From Clostridiaceae bacterium (lineage in GTDB: Bacteria; Bacillota; Clostridia; CAYPLH01; DUMO01), in NCBI GenBank assembly GCA_012839865.1, contig DUMO01000047.1:1-34753 (forward strand): 34,753 nt of DNA, given 5' to 3'. A model generated the notes under the pieces. The model was not told the origin of the DNA. It worked only from the letters and a program-made list of their open reading frames with translations, and made no database searches. Made by a program: the position numbers and the translations under genes. Positions 9,688 to 19,561 of the stretch are shown in pieces. Positions within the stretch are counted from its first letter, which is position 1. Each line of letters begins with the position of its first letter.

Positions 9688-9706
9688 GCAGGAACCGTCC
9701 CCCTGC
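9688..9706. repeat. REP-like palindrome just downstream of the YitT-family gene stop
   Basis: GCAGG-AACCGTCCC-CCTGC; contains the reverse complement of GGGACGGTTC. Confidence 0.55.
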
Positions 9707-9711
9707 TCCCC

Positions 9712-10620
9712 TTATTCGTGCGCCTTGAAACCTTCCCCCAGAACCTCCCTGACATCCGTCAGCACTATGAATGCCTTGGGGTCGATTTCCTTTACCAACT
9801 CCTTAAGTCCCGGAATCTGGCGCCTGTGCAGCACACAAAGAAGCACTTCCTTGTCATGCCTTGTATACATTCCCGTACCTTTAAGGGACGTTACACCCCT
9901 GTCCAGTACTTCCATTATTTTCAATGCTATTTTATCCGAATTGTCGGAAATTATAAAAACCGCTTTCGCAAAACTTACACCTTCAATAAGGGCATCAATT
10001 ACCTTTGATGAAATAACCAGGGTAACCACTGCATACAGAGCAAACAAAACGCTCTTGAAAACCACAGCTGCCAGCAGCACAACCAAAATGTCAATGAACA
10101 GCAGCACCTGCCCTATGGTAAATGCAGGAATCAGCCGGTTTATTATTCTGGCCAGAAGGTCGCTGCCCCCGGTTGTTGCATTGAATTTTATTACAATTCC
10201 CAATCCAAACCCCATTATCAGGCCCCCAAAGATTGAATAAAGCAGAAGGTCCGGCTGGGTGGGTGCCGATTCAATCTTCACAAGGTAATTCTCTATGAAA
10301 CTTCTTGCCATGGAAGCCGTATAATCAATAAAAAACGAGAGGGCAACAGCACTGTATAACGTACGGACTATGAATTTTTTTCCGATCAGTTTGAACCCGC
10401 CTATGAAAAGAGGTACGTTCAGAACAAACATTGTTGCGCCCACCGGGAATAGTCCATTGCTCAGATAATATATTACAGTTGAAACACCGCTTAAGCCGCC
10501 TGATACGATTTTATTTGGAACGAGAAAAACATTGATTGCAGCAGCAGTAAGAAATGAGCCTATTGTTAGAAAAAAGTATTCTGTTATCAATTTCAGCAAC
10601 TTGTCTTTTGAAAATTTCAT
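9712..10620 (-). CDS. YitT-family membrane protein (DUF161 + DUF2179)
   Basis: PNKIVSGGLSG, TTGGSD, RGVT...G.GMYT and IDPKAFIV...REVLGEGF motifs. Confidence 0.9.
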   Translation of the reverse strand: MKFSKDKLLKLITEYFFLTIGSFLTAAAINVFLVPNKIVSGGLSGVSTVIYYLSNGLFPVGATMFVLNVPLFIGGFKLIGKKFIVRTLYSAVALSFFIDYTASMARSFIENYLVKIESAPTQPDLLLYSIFGGLIMGFGLGIVIKFNATTGGSDLLARIINRLIPAFTIGQVLLFIDILVVLLAAVVFKSVLFALYAVVTLVISSKVIDALIEGVSFAKAVFIISDNSDKIALKIMEVLDRGVTSLKGTGMYTRHDKEVLLCVLHRRQIPGLKELVKEIDPKAFIVLTDVREVLGEGFKAHE

Positions 10621-10636
10621 TAAAACCGGAACTCCT

Positions 10637-11740
10637 CTACGAGCCTTTCATGTAGCTGATTACCTCATTCATGCCCTTTTGGGCAAGCTCCCTGAACTCA
10701 TGATACTTTTTCATAATTACAGGAGAAATTTGCTCCCTCCTGCTGAATTCCTCCTGTATTGCATTATATATAATATCTTCATTGATTTGCCCGTACCGTA
10801 TGACTTTATTCATACCCAGAGAATCCATCAAGCTGTCAATTTTAGGGTCATAGGAAATTGCAACAACGGGGGTGCCGTTCATGATTGAAAAGACAAGCCC
10901 GTGGAACCTTATGCATACACTTACATCCAGCAAGCCATACATTCCGATAATCTGAGCAGGCGTATATTTCTCCTTTATAATTGTAGCCTTCTCAGTCATC
11001 AGGGATGCAATATTTTCAGCCAGCGTAACATCTTCCTTATTGTGCAATGGTATCAGCAGCACGTCTGCATCCAATTCTTTTTTCACCCTGTCGCAGACCT
11101 TTGCAAAAATCCCGGCAACATCGACATGGCCTTCCTCTTCCCAAAAGCGGATGGAAAAACCGATTCTTCTTCGCCCCTCAATGCTCTGACCCATTTCCTT
11201 TTCCAGAAGCTTGACGCTTTCCTCCCGGGAAACCGGTTCAATCAGAAATGCCGGGTCAATGGTCGTAGTTATTTCCCGGCTTACACCTATATTTTGAAGC
11301 TCTGTTTTTGAACGCTGGTCCCTGACCGACAGCTTTGCAACCCTGTTCATTACAAACCTGAGCAGTTTCTTATTGAAACGGCTGCGAATCGGGCCGATGC
11401 CGTGGGCATATGCAAATACGGGTTTTTTTAAGATAAAGGCCAGGAGAATAATGGCGCTGTAGTACCAGAAACTTGAAATGCTGGTTCTGTCCTGAAACAG
11501 GCTGCCGCCGCCACTTATCAAAATATCGCAGTTTCTGATGGCTGAAATAATCCGCAAAAAATTAAACCGGTTAACCGATTTAATTTTAAACTCACTGGAA
11601 GTCTTCTCAGGGCATGCAGAAAGCACAACAATATCTATATCCCTCGAAACATTGCATATCTGGGATACTATAGACTGTAGGATCGCTTCGTCCCCTGCAT
11701 TATCAAAACCATAAAAACCTGAAATTAAAACTTTATACAT
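10637..11740 (-). CDS. csaB: Polysaccharide pyruvyl transferase
   Basis: LISGFYGFDNAGDEAIL, ISGGGSLFQD.TS, HGIGP, SVRD, RFHGL and ISYDPKI motifs. Confidence 0.92.
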   Translation of the reverse strand: MYKVLISGFYGFDNAGDEAILQSIVSQICNVSRDIDIVVLSACPEKTSSEFKIKSVNRFNFLRIISAIRNCDILISGGGSLFQDRTSISSFWYYSAIILLAFILKKPVFAYAHGIGPIRSRFNKKLLRFVMNRVAKLSVRDQRSKTELQNIGVSREITTTIDPAFLIEPVSREESVKLLEKEMGQSIEGRRRIGFSIRFWEEEGHVDVAGIFAKVCDRVKKELDADVLLIPLHNKEDVTLAENIASLMTEKATIIKEKYTPAQIIGMYGLLDVSVCIRFHGLVFSIMNGTPVVAISYDPKIDSLMDSLGMNKVIRYGQINEDIIYNAIQEEFSRREQISPVIMKKYHEFRELAQKGMNEVISYMKGS

Positions 11741-11949
11741 TCAAAACTCCCGGTTCAACAATATCTGTTTTAATGCAAGCCAGTTAAAAACCTGCGGACA
11801 TTGACCGAAAACAAAAGTTTCGGGTGTTGTATCCGCTAATTATCCCTAAATAAAATCTCGGGAGGCGGAAAGCTCTGCTCGCTTTTGCGCCGAAAAATCA
11901 CAGGGCACAAAAATATCTTCTTCATAAGCGAAGATGTTTTATAAAGCAT

Positions 11950-12007
11950 CAGATAAATAATCAAATCCTCAATTTCAGTAATCATTTCCAAATTTGATTA
12001 TTATCTG
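11950..12007. other. Long inverted repeat in the divergent csaB/GT intergenic region
   Basis: CAGATAAATAATCAAAT (11950-11966) pairs with ATTTGATTATTATCTG (11992-12007): 16 bp with one bulge and a 25-nt loop. Confidence 0.7.
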
Positions 12008-12088
12008 TATTATAAATAATAAAAGCATGCATGTAAAGTGCTATTTTCAGCCCATGCACTGCATTACATTATTATACCGACATTCATT

Positions 12089-12117
12089 ATTATATATAAC
12101 CGGACAATTGATAACAA
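12089..12117 (-). promoter_or_regulatory. Putative sigma-A promoter toward csaB
   Basis: Minus strand TTGTTA-17 bp-TATAAT; the region is AT-rich, so alternatives exist. Confidence 0.4.
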
Positions 12118-12163
12118 TAGCCAATAGAAAAACAAATCAAAATAAGCTTGTACCCAAGAAATA

Positions 12164-12192
12164 TTGACAAATATATTAGTATAAAATAAACT
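12164..12192 (+). promoter_or_regulatory. Putative sigma-A promoter of the plus-strand polysaccharide arm
   Basis: TTGACA-17 bp-TAAACT, 60 bp before the ATG at 12253. Confidence 0.55.
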
Positions 12193-12252
12193 TGAAGCAA
12201 TGGGACATGAACTTCACTTTTTTTGCTCTCAGCACTAATTAAGGAGGAAAAC

Positions 12253-13377
12253 ATGAAGGTTCTGCATTTAATCGGGGGAGGGGACATTGGAGGCGCAAAG
12301 GTCCATGTGCTCTCGCTTGTTAAAGAGCTGGGAAAAAAAATAGACGTTAAAATAGTTGCCTTTCGCCCCGGCGTGTTTTACGAAGAAGCGCAGGACATGG
12401 GGATAGATATTGAAATTGTCAGGACAGGCAGTATTATAACTGATGTCCTGAAAGTAAAGAAGATTATTAAAAACGGCAATTTCCAGATTATTCATGCCCA
12501 CGGTTCCAAGGGTAACCTGGTTGCATCCATTTTGAAAATCTTTTGCAAAATACCTGCAATTACAACAATCCACAGTGATTATCGTCTTGATTACATGGGA
12601 AGCATCTGGCGCACCTGCACCCTTGGTTTCATTAATAAAATCGCCTTAAGGTTTATGGATTACTATATTGCTGTTTCCAACAACTTTAAGGAAATGCTTG
12701 TCAAAAGGAAGTTCAATCCAGACAGAATTTTTATTTTATACAACGGTACAGACTTCTCACAACCACTGAAAAATTACAGCAAAGAGGAGTTTATTAAAAA
12801 ATACAACATCCCGATTTCCGGAAATGATATGGTTGTCGGAATACTTGCCCGGCTGGATCCGGTCAAGGGTTTGGATATTTTCTTAAAAGGCGCAAAGCTT
12901 GTCCTGGAAAAAAGGCCTGAAGTTAAATTCCTGATTGCGGGGGAAGGCGAGCAGCGCAGCAATTTGATTAATCTTTCAAAGAAACTGGGTATTTCAGACA
13001 GTGTCTTTTTTCTGGGCTGGGTGACTGATCCCTATGAATTTATGAGCAATGTTGACATTCCGGCTCTTACGTCCCTAAGCGAAAGCTTTTCCTATACCAT
13101 CCTGGAAAGTGCCATGCTTAAAAAAACCATTGTCAGCAGTGATGTGGGAGGAATATCGGACCTTATAGAGCATGGAAAAAACGGCTTTTTGTTTGCCCCC
13201 GGGGATTATAACGCACTTTCGGATTATATCATAAAACTTATTGACAGCAGCGAACTTCGGGCCAAGATGGGGCAAAAACTGCATGAAAAAGCCAGCTCCA
13301 AATTTTCACTGGAAAATATGGTAAACACTCAACTGGATATTTACAATAAAGTTCAGGAAAAGTATCCGGTAAGATAA
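12253..13377 (+). CDS. Glycosyltransferase family 4
   Basis: MKVLHLIGGGDIGGA start, HAHG, RLDPVKG, SLSESFSYTILE and SDVGG motifs; AAGGAGG RBS fixes the start at 12253. Confidence 0.92.
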   Translation: MKVLHLIGGGDIGGAKVHVLSLVKELGKKIDVKIVAFRPGVFYEEAQDMGIDIEIVRTGSIITDVLKVKKIIKNGNFQIIHAHGSKGNLVASILKIFCKIPAITTIHSDYRLDYMGSIWRTCTLGFINKIALRFMDYYIAVSNNFKEMLVKRKFNPDRIFILYNGTDFSQPLKNYSKEEFIKKYNIPISGNDMVVGILARLDPVKGLDIFLKGAKLVLEKRPEVKFLIAGEGEQRSNLINLSKKLGISDSVFFLGWVTDPYEFMSNVDIPALTSLSESFSYTILESAMLKKTIVSSDVGGISDLIEHGKNGFLFAPGDYNALSDYIIKLIDSSELRAKMGQKLHEKASSKFSLENMVNTQLDIYNKVQEKYPVR

Positions 13378-13624
13378 TATCCGGTAATTTTGTTTTACAT
13401 TATGAGCTTACTTATTATAAACCGGTTTTTTAGCAGTCACTCATTGTCTTTGGTGTAAAGAGCGTTCTGTAAACCGGTTTTAAATTGGGTTTGGACAGGA
13501 GCATCCAGTGTAATCCGGAACACGGCACAGCGGCCTTTATTGGCTCGATTGCAACATCCGGTTCCAGAATTATCAATAGAGTGCCTGCCGGGAGCTTTTT
13601 TAAAAGATTTGACGGGAGCATCCA

Positions 13625-15181
13625 ATGATAAATTTGAACAAATCAGTACGCACAGCAAGCTTTATGGTGACTGCAGCCTTCTTATCAAAAATACTGGGAA
13701 TGCTGAGGGATATACTTGTCGCAAACACCTATGGAACAAGCCCTGAAGCCGTTGCCTTTTCATCAGCAAGCCGCATTCCTATGTATTTTTTCGATATTGG
13801 CCTTGCAGCAGCCGTATCATCCGTATTTATACCAGTATTCAACGAATTTCTGGAAAAGGAGGACAGGCAAAAAGCCCTGGAGTTCTCCAACACTTTTTTA
13901 AACATTGTACTGCTTTTTTCGGGTATCGTAACTGTTTTGAGTTTTTTTGGGGCATACCCCATTGTAAGGATTATTGCAGGCGGACTCCCCCGGGAAACCT
14001 TTAACCTCGCTGTAGAGCTGGCAAAGATAATGTTCCCTATTATAATTTTTGCCGGGATGGCTTTTACCTTTGTCGGGATACTCCAGTCTTATGATGAATT
14101 CAACGTCCCGGCCGCCATCAGTCTTGCTTCAAACATAATCGTTATTCTATACCTTGTTTTTTTAAACAACCGTTTCGGAATATACGGGCTGGCATTTGCA
14201 ATGGTCGCAGGCTGGGCGGCACAGGCCATTATCCAGATACCTTCCCTTTTTAAAAAAGGATACAAATACCGCCCGGTTTTAAATTTGCAAAACCCCGGCA
14301 TTAAAAAAGCCGGATTATTGTTTCTTCCGTTTCTTGTAAGCACCTGGGTGCAGCCTGTGAATGCAATGGTAAACATCCACCTTGCTTCATGGCTCAACGA
14401 TGGAAAGGCAGTCGTTGCCCTTGATTATGCAAACAGGGTATATATAATTGTTGTAGGCGTATTCACCTATGCCCTGTCAAATTTGATTTTCCCGTCCCTT
14501 TCAAGGACCCGGGCGTCGGAAAATAACCAGCAGTTTGAAGCCATCATGAAAAGCTCCCTGAGAGTTGTCCTTTATTTCATAACTCCGTTGATGGCCGGAT
14601 TTATAGTGCTGAGGGAGCCTATTATACGCCTGATATATGAACGGGGAGCCTTTGACAGGTACTCCACCGGGCTTACAGCGACAGCCCTGTTATTCTATTC
14701 GGTAGGGATGCTGGGTTTTGCGGTGCAGGAAATTATGAACAAAGCATATTTTGCTAGACAGGATGCCAGAACCCCCATGAAAGTTTCAATCGGCGGAATA
14801 ATTCTCAATTTCGTTTTGAGTGTTGTACTTTCACGCTATATGGGACTTTCCGGAATCGCATTGGCCGCTTCAATTACCGCAATAGCAATGGCTGTTACTT
14901 TTGTATCGTTTATGCGTAAAGTATGCAAAGGTATTGTAAACAGGAAACTGCTTGGAGATTCTGTAAAAATACTTATTGCATCAATACTGACGGGCATTAT
15001 TGTAAATTTGTTGCACACATACTTTACACAAACATTTGAAACCAGTACAATTATAACAAAACTAATTGAAGTTGCACTGCCCGGTTCGGCCGGCATTGTT
15101 ATATATTTGACATTAACGCTGATAATGGGGCTTGAGGAGGCAAAACTTCCCTTAAGGTTTTTTAAGAAGGATGCAAGGTAA
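13625..15181 (+). CDS. murJ: MurJ/MviN-family lipid-linked precursor flippase
   Basis: SKILGMLRD, FIPVFNE, and many TM segments; in this context the substrate may be a polysaccharide unit rather than lipid II. Confidence 0.85.
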   Translation: MINLNKSVRTASFMVTAAFLSKILGMLRDILVANTYGTSPEAVAFSSASRIPMYFFDIGLAAAVSSVFIPVFNEFLEKEDRQKALEFSNTFLNIVLLFSGIVTVLSFFGAYPIVRIIAGGLPRETFNLAVELAKIMFPIIIFAGMAFTFVGILQSYDEFNVPAAISLASNIIVILYLVFLNNRFGIYGLAFAMVAGWAAQAIIQIPSLFKKGYKYRPVLNLQNPGIKKAGLLFLPFLVSTWVQPVNAMVNIHLASWLNDGKAVVALDYANRVYIIVVGVFTYALSNLIFPSLSRTRASENNQQFEAIMKSSLRVVLYFITPLMAGFIVLREPIIRLIYERGAFDRYSTGLTATALLFYSVGMLGFAVQEIMNKAYFARQDARTPMKVSIGGIILNFVLSVVLSRYMGLSGIALAASITAIAMAVTFVSFMRKVCKGIVNRKLLGDSVKILIASILTGIIVNLLHTYFTQTFETSTIITKLIEVALPGSAGIVIYLTLTLIMGLEEAKLPLRFFKKDAR

Positions 15182-15328
15182 TTTGCCGGATTACGGCCAG
15201 GCTGGTGCTCAATTCTCTATATATGTATTCTTATCCATGGAGGTAAACAGGAATTTATAAGCCTGAAGTTTGATGGTGCCGGCAACGCTTGAATCCTGGC
15301 ACATGGAGAGAGAAAGGAATGGTAATTT

Positions 15329-15889
15329 ATGAAAGGAATATCCGAGGGCAGTATTGTAATCAATTCTATCGCTGCAATTGTAAAGGCCTTTAAGCAAAGC
15401 TATGAATATAGCTTCTTATATAAGGTTGTTTCCCGGATATCTGAAAAATTATCAGTAATAATAAAAGAGAGCAGATTTCTCAAACTAATGGCCGGAAAGG
15501 GTAAAAGCAACAAGCTCCTGCAGGAAAGTGCCTTAAACAGGGGTGTTGCTTTATTGTCCAGACCGGTTGGGAGTATTCATAAAAAAGTTGATTATATAAA
15601 CAACAAAATAAAACCCGGCAGTTTTATTATCAATCTCCTTGAAGTTGCCTGCAAAAAGCTTGTTTCGCTGGATTCCAGGTTTATTGGTGCTTTGATGGCA
15701 GGCTTCATACTTATGACCCTTGCATGGTCGGCCCCCTGGGGATTCGGGTCCTTGTTGTTCAAAGCCTTTTGTGCTGCTGTGCTTTTTGCATCGGTGCTGC
15801 TTTTTTCGCTTAACAGGTCTTTAGCTGAAATTTTCCAGTACAGCCTGATTAAAAAAACCATTGACCGGATTTTCAAGTACAACGTTTAG
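15329..15889 (+). CDS. Hypothetical membrane protein
   Basis: 186 aa, AAAGGA RBS, two C-terminal hydrophobic segments; fills the operon gap. Confidence 0.75.
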   Translation: MKGISEGSIVINSIAAIVKAFKQSYEYSFLYKVVSRISEKLSVIIKESRFLKLMAGKGKSNKLLQESALNRGVALLSRPVGSIHKKVDYINNKIKPGSFIINLLEVACKKLVSLDSRFIGALMAGFILMTLAWSAPWGFGSLLFKAFCAAVLFASVLLFSLNRSLAEIFQYSLIKKTIDRIFKYNV

Positions 15890-15910
15890 GAATTTAGGGA
15901 GGGTTGTTAT

Positions 15911-17362
15911 ATGCTGCAGGCAATAAAACGAAGTCAGACCATATTGTTCGCTCTTGGAGCAGGAGTTGCCTTAAGCGTGCTAAACCACTTTTTATCCATA
16001 ACCACATTTCTGAAGCTGGTTGCTGCCGCATCCATAGCCTGCCTTATTGTTTGGAAACCGGTTATTGGTGTTTTCATGGTTGCAGGACTTACGCCGCTGA
16101 TACCAACGCAATATCTGATGGTATTGTCTGCTGTTTCTTTTTTGGCACTTGTTTTAAGGTCGCTGGTTCTGAGGGAAACCTTGATTGAATCATCAATGTT
16201 GAACCTTTTTTCAATAATTTTTGCAGGTAATGTTGTGTACGGAGTTGTTATTTCTTTTAACCGGGGGGAAAGCGTTTATGCTGCGCTGATTTACCTTGCA
16301 TACATTGTCTTTTTCTTTGTAATGCAAAAATGCCTGGTTTCAAAGAATTTAATATATACCGCCATAAGCCTTATGGTCACGGCGGGTTTTGCAGTATCCG
16401 TCCTGGGAATTTACCAGTACATCAACGGAGTCGAAAATGCCGCACTTTGGATAGACAGAAACCTTTTTGGCGGCATCGAAACCAGAGTTTACGGAACTCT
16501 GGGGAACCCCAATGTACTGGGCAATTACATTCAGATTCTGGTTCCTCTTGCCATATTTTTAATTATAGTAAATAAAGATTGGCTGGCGCGGATTTATTAT
16601 GCCCTGGCAACCCTCTCCATGCTTGTAAGCTTGATTTTCACATATTCCAGAAGCTCATGGATGGGTCTTTTGCTTTCACTGGCAATTTTTACTTTGCTTG
16701 CGCCGAAGAAGCTTTTACCGCTGGCCGCTGGAGGAATTGCAGCAACCCCCCTTGTACTGGGCTTTTTCCCTACCATATTGGAAAGGCTCAAGGGTCTGGG
16801 TACGCTTGTTGATACATCCACCCGTTTCCGGGTTGCAGTATGGTCTGCAACTTTGGGAATAATCAAGGATTTTTGGGTTTGCGGAATAGGAATGGGTTTT
16901 GAAAACTTCAAAAGAATGTTGTTCAACTATGCCCCCCACGATATCGACTCGATACATTCCCACAATACATTCCTTCAGGTAACGGTGGAAACAGGGATTA
17001 TGGGGCTTTTACTGTTTTTGTCGCTGGTGTTTCTTTTCGTCAGGCTTTGCTTGCCGGTATACATGAAATCAAAAGATGATTTCACCAAAACCCTTGCAGC
17101 GGTCCTTTTATCGTCAATAGGCGGTTATCTTTTAATATGCCTGTTTGACAACACTTTGTACGACCACAGCCTGAAACTGGTTTTCTGGACCGTGCTTTCC
17201 CTGGGTGCTGCAGCGGGCAGGCTTTCAGCAAATGAAATGATATCGGCTGACGGACTTTCATCAACCAATGATGCTTCAATGGACAGGCTTTCTTCGGAGG
17301 ACAAACCCTCTTCAATGGACAGGCTCGCACCTACTGATTTGGGGGGTGATCCGCAAAATTGA
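15911..17362 (+). CDS. O-antigen ligase/polymerase (Wzy_C/WaaL) family protein
   Basis: RVYGTLGNPNVLG, FTYSRSSW, GIGMG..NF and HSHNTFLQV.VETGIMG motifs; multiple TM segments. Confidence 0.9.
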   Translation: MLQAIKRSQTILFALGAGVALSVLNHFLSITTFLKLVAAASIACLIVWKPVIGVFMVAGLTPLIPTQYLMVLSAVSFLALVLRSLVLRETLIESSMLNLFSIIFAGNVVYGVVISFNRGESVYAALIYLAYIVFFFVMQKCLVSKNLIYTAISLMVTAGFAVSVLGIYQYINGVENAALWIDRNLFGGIETRVYGTLGNPNVLGNYIQILVPLAIFLIIVNKDWLARIYYALATLSMLVSLIFTYSRSSWMGLLLSLAIFTLLAPKKLLPLAAGGIAATPLVLGFFPTILERLKGLGTLVDTSTRFRVAVWSATLGIIKDFWVCGIGMGFENFKRMLFNYAPHDIDSIHSHNTFLQVTVETGIMGLLLFLSLVFLFVRLCLPVYMKSKDDFTKTLAAVLLSSIGGYLLICLFDNTLYDHSLKLVFWTVLSLGAAAGRLSANEMISADGLSSTNDASMDRLSSEDKPSSMDRLAPTDLGGDPQN

Positions 17363-18450
17363 TTAAAGTAATGCATATATTGACCGACTGCAATGTTGGG
17401 GGCGCTGGCAGGTGGCTTTTGAACTTTCTAAAAAATGCCGACAAAACCAATTTCAATATAGAGGTAATTTTGCCAAAGGGCAGTCTCCTCGCCGGGTTTA
17501 TCAGAAGGACCGGCGTGCATGTGGAGGAACTTCCCTTCCTTGCGGAAAAGTCATTGGATTTAAAGGCTTTGAAGCCCCTATATTCGTACATCAAGTCATC
17601 AAAGCCTGACATTGTGCATGCCCACGCAAGCCTTACAGCGCGCATTGCAGCAAGACTGGCAGGGATAAAGGCCATAGTGTTTACAAAACACTGCCTGGAT
17701 AATAAAGCTTCTGTTTTGAAAAAAACCGCCAACCGGATAATCAACAGCTTGTTTTGCGACAGGATTATTGCCATATCCGAAGCTGTAAAAACAAGCCTTG
17801 TGGAAAATGGCACTCCTGCCCGAAAAGTAACCGTGATTTACAACGGTATACAACCGGTCAACAAGGTTTCGGAAGCTGAAAAGGATGAATTTCGACAAAA
17901 GCTGGGAATTAATCCTGATGATGCGGTTGTGGGGATAGTGGCAAGGCTGGAGGATGTAAAAGGGCACAGGTACTTCCTGGAGGCCGCATCTTTGATAAAA
18001 AACAAAATGAACAATGTCAAGTTCATAATAGCAGGCACAGGGTCCCAGCTGGCTAATATAAAGATGAAGGTCAAAGAGCTGGCACTGGTTAATAATGTTA
18101 TATTAACTGGCTACATTGACGATATTGAGAAATTGTTCGGTATTTTTGACGTAAATGTGATTACTTCCATCTCAGAAGCCCTTTGTCTTTCATTAATTGA
18201 AGGCATGAGCACAGGTCTGCCCTCGGTTGCATTTGAAACAGGCGGGATTGCCGAAGTGGTGGATGAGAAGTGCGGTTTTCTTGTTCCAGCAGGTGATACC
18301 GAAAAACTTGCCGAGGCTATAATAAAACTGTTGAATAATAAAGAATTACGGGATAAAATGGGTATTGAAGGAAAAAGGATTGCAAATACCAAATTTTCTG
18401 CCCGGATAATGGTAAATAAGATAGAAAACTTATATTCTGAACTGATATGA
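17359..18450 (+). CDS. Glycosyltransferase family 4
   Basis: IKVMHILTD.NVGGAG, HAHAS, ARLEDVKGH and SISEAL.LSLIEGM motifs; TTG start overlaps the upstream stop. Confidence 0.9.
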   Translation: MIKVMHILTDCNVGGAGRWLLNFLKNADKTNFNIEVILPKGSLLAGFIRRTGVHVEELPFLAEKSLDLKALKPLYSYIKSSKPDIVHAHASLTARIAARLAGIKAIVFTKHCLDNKASVLKKTANRIINSLFCDRIIAISEAVKTSLVENGTPARKVTVIYNGIQPVNKVSEAEKDEFRQKLGINPDDAVVGIVARLEDVKGHRYFLEAASLIKNKMNNVKFIIAGTGSQLANIKMKVKELALVNNVILTGYIDDIEKLFGIFDVNVITSISEALCLSLIEGMSTGLPSVAFETGGIAEVVDEKCGFLVPAGDTEKLAEAIIKLLNNKELRDKMGIEGKRIANTKFSARIMVNKIENLYSELI

Positions 18451-18470
18451 AATATCTTAGGAGGTTGCAT

Positions 18471-18962
18471 ATGGGACTACTAGATAAAAAAGGCCGGCTT
18501 TTTGGGCTGATAAATATACTGGATCTGGCAATTGTTTTGATTATAGTTGCCTTACTTGCCGGAGGGCTTTATATTTACAAAAGCCACCGGGCAGAGACTC
18601 AATTGCCCACCACACCAATCGAAATCGATATAGAGCTTGTCCTGGATAAAGACACGGTAGATGCCATTGAAGTCGGACAACCGGTCATTGACAATCAAAA
18701 GGGAGCGAACCTTGGTGTAATATACGATAAAAAAGTCACAGAGCAAAAGGGTGTTTTTGGTGATGCTACAAAAGGTGAATTTGTAGAGAACGTTATACCG
18801 GGGCAATACAATGTAATTATCAGTCTTAAGACAGATGCCGTTGTCGAGCCGGATAGAATAACTGTATATGGTTTGGAGATAAATATAGGTAGGCCGGTAT
18901 ATTTCAAATGCGGTTCTTCGTATATAGGTTCTGGTTATTTTATAGGTATCAGGCTGCCTTAA
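18471..18962 (+). CDS. DUF4330-like membrane-anchored protein
   Basis: LDKKGRLFGLINILD followed by one TM and a beta-rich domain; AGGAGG RBS gives the start at 18471. Confidence 0.75.
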   Translation: MGLLDKKGRLFGLINILDLAIVLIIVALLAGGLYIYKSHRAETQLPTTPIEIDIELVLDKDTVDAIEVGQPVIDNQKGANLGVIYDKKVTEQKGVFGDATKGEFVENVIPGQYNVIISLKTDAVVEPDRITVYGLEINIGRPVYFKCGSSYIGSGYFIGIRLP

Positions 18963-19063
18963 GGCTGATACTTTTTTGAAATTGCAAGTAACTTAATTGC
19001 CTAAATTACCGGATGCCATTTATTTTTATGGACGCTTATTAGAAATTGCAAGGGGGAAGTAAT

Positions 19064-19561
19064 TTGATAGTCGATAACAAGGGAAAGCTGTTTGGGAAAA
19101 TCAACCTGGTGGATTTTGCATTTTTACTCTTTATATTACTTGCGTTTTTAGGAGGAATTTACAGGTTTTTTATAGCAGGAAGCAAAGTGCAGGTTTCAGT
19201 ACCGGAATCCATTACATACACCGTCTCACTTAACGGAGTAAGGCAGGTTTCCGCAGATGCGATAAATGAAGGCGATAAGGTGTTTTTCGAACCTAGCAAC
19301 CAGCTCATGGGTACAATAGTCAAGAAGGTTGTTGAGCCTTCCCGGGGAAATGTTGTCAAAACGAACGGTGATGTTGTCGAATCAATTATTCCAGGAAAAT
19401 TTAATGTAACAATGACAATAAACATACAAACAGGAACTGATCCCGTGGAAACGGCAAATGTAAAAAACAAGCTGATAATCGGGAACAACATGTACTTAAA
19501 AACCCGAATGCTTCTTTTTGGTGTTACGGTTACCGGCGTAGAAATTGAGCAAATTCAATAA
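19064..19561 (+). CDS. DUF4330-like membrane-anchored protein (tandem paralog)
   Basis: IVDNKGKLFGKINLVD followed by one TM; TTG at 19064 behind an AGGGGG RBS. Confidence 0.75.
   Translation: MIVDNKGKLFGKINLVDFAFLLFILLAFLGGIYRFFIAGSKVQVSVPESITYTVSLNGVRQVSADAINEGDKVFFEPSNQLMGTIVKKVVEPSRGNVVKTNGDVVESIIPGKFNVTMTINIQTGTDPVETANVKNKLIIGNNMYLKTRMLLFGVTVTGVEIEQIQ

Noticed and set aside
11899..11908. CACAGGGCAC resembling the start of a c-di-GMP-I riboswitch
   Set aside because: The downstream GAAA tetraloop and GACGCAAAG elements are missing.
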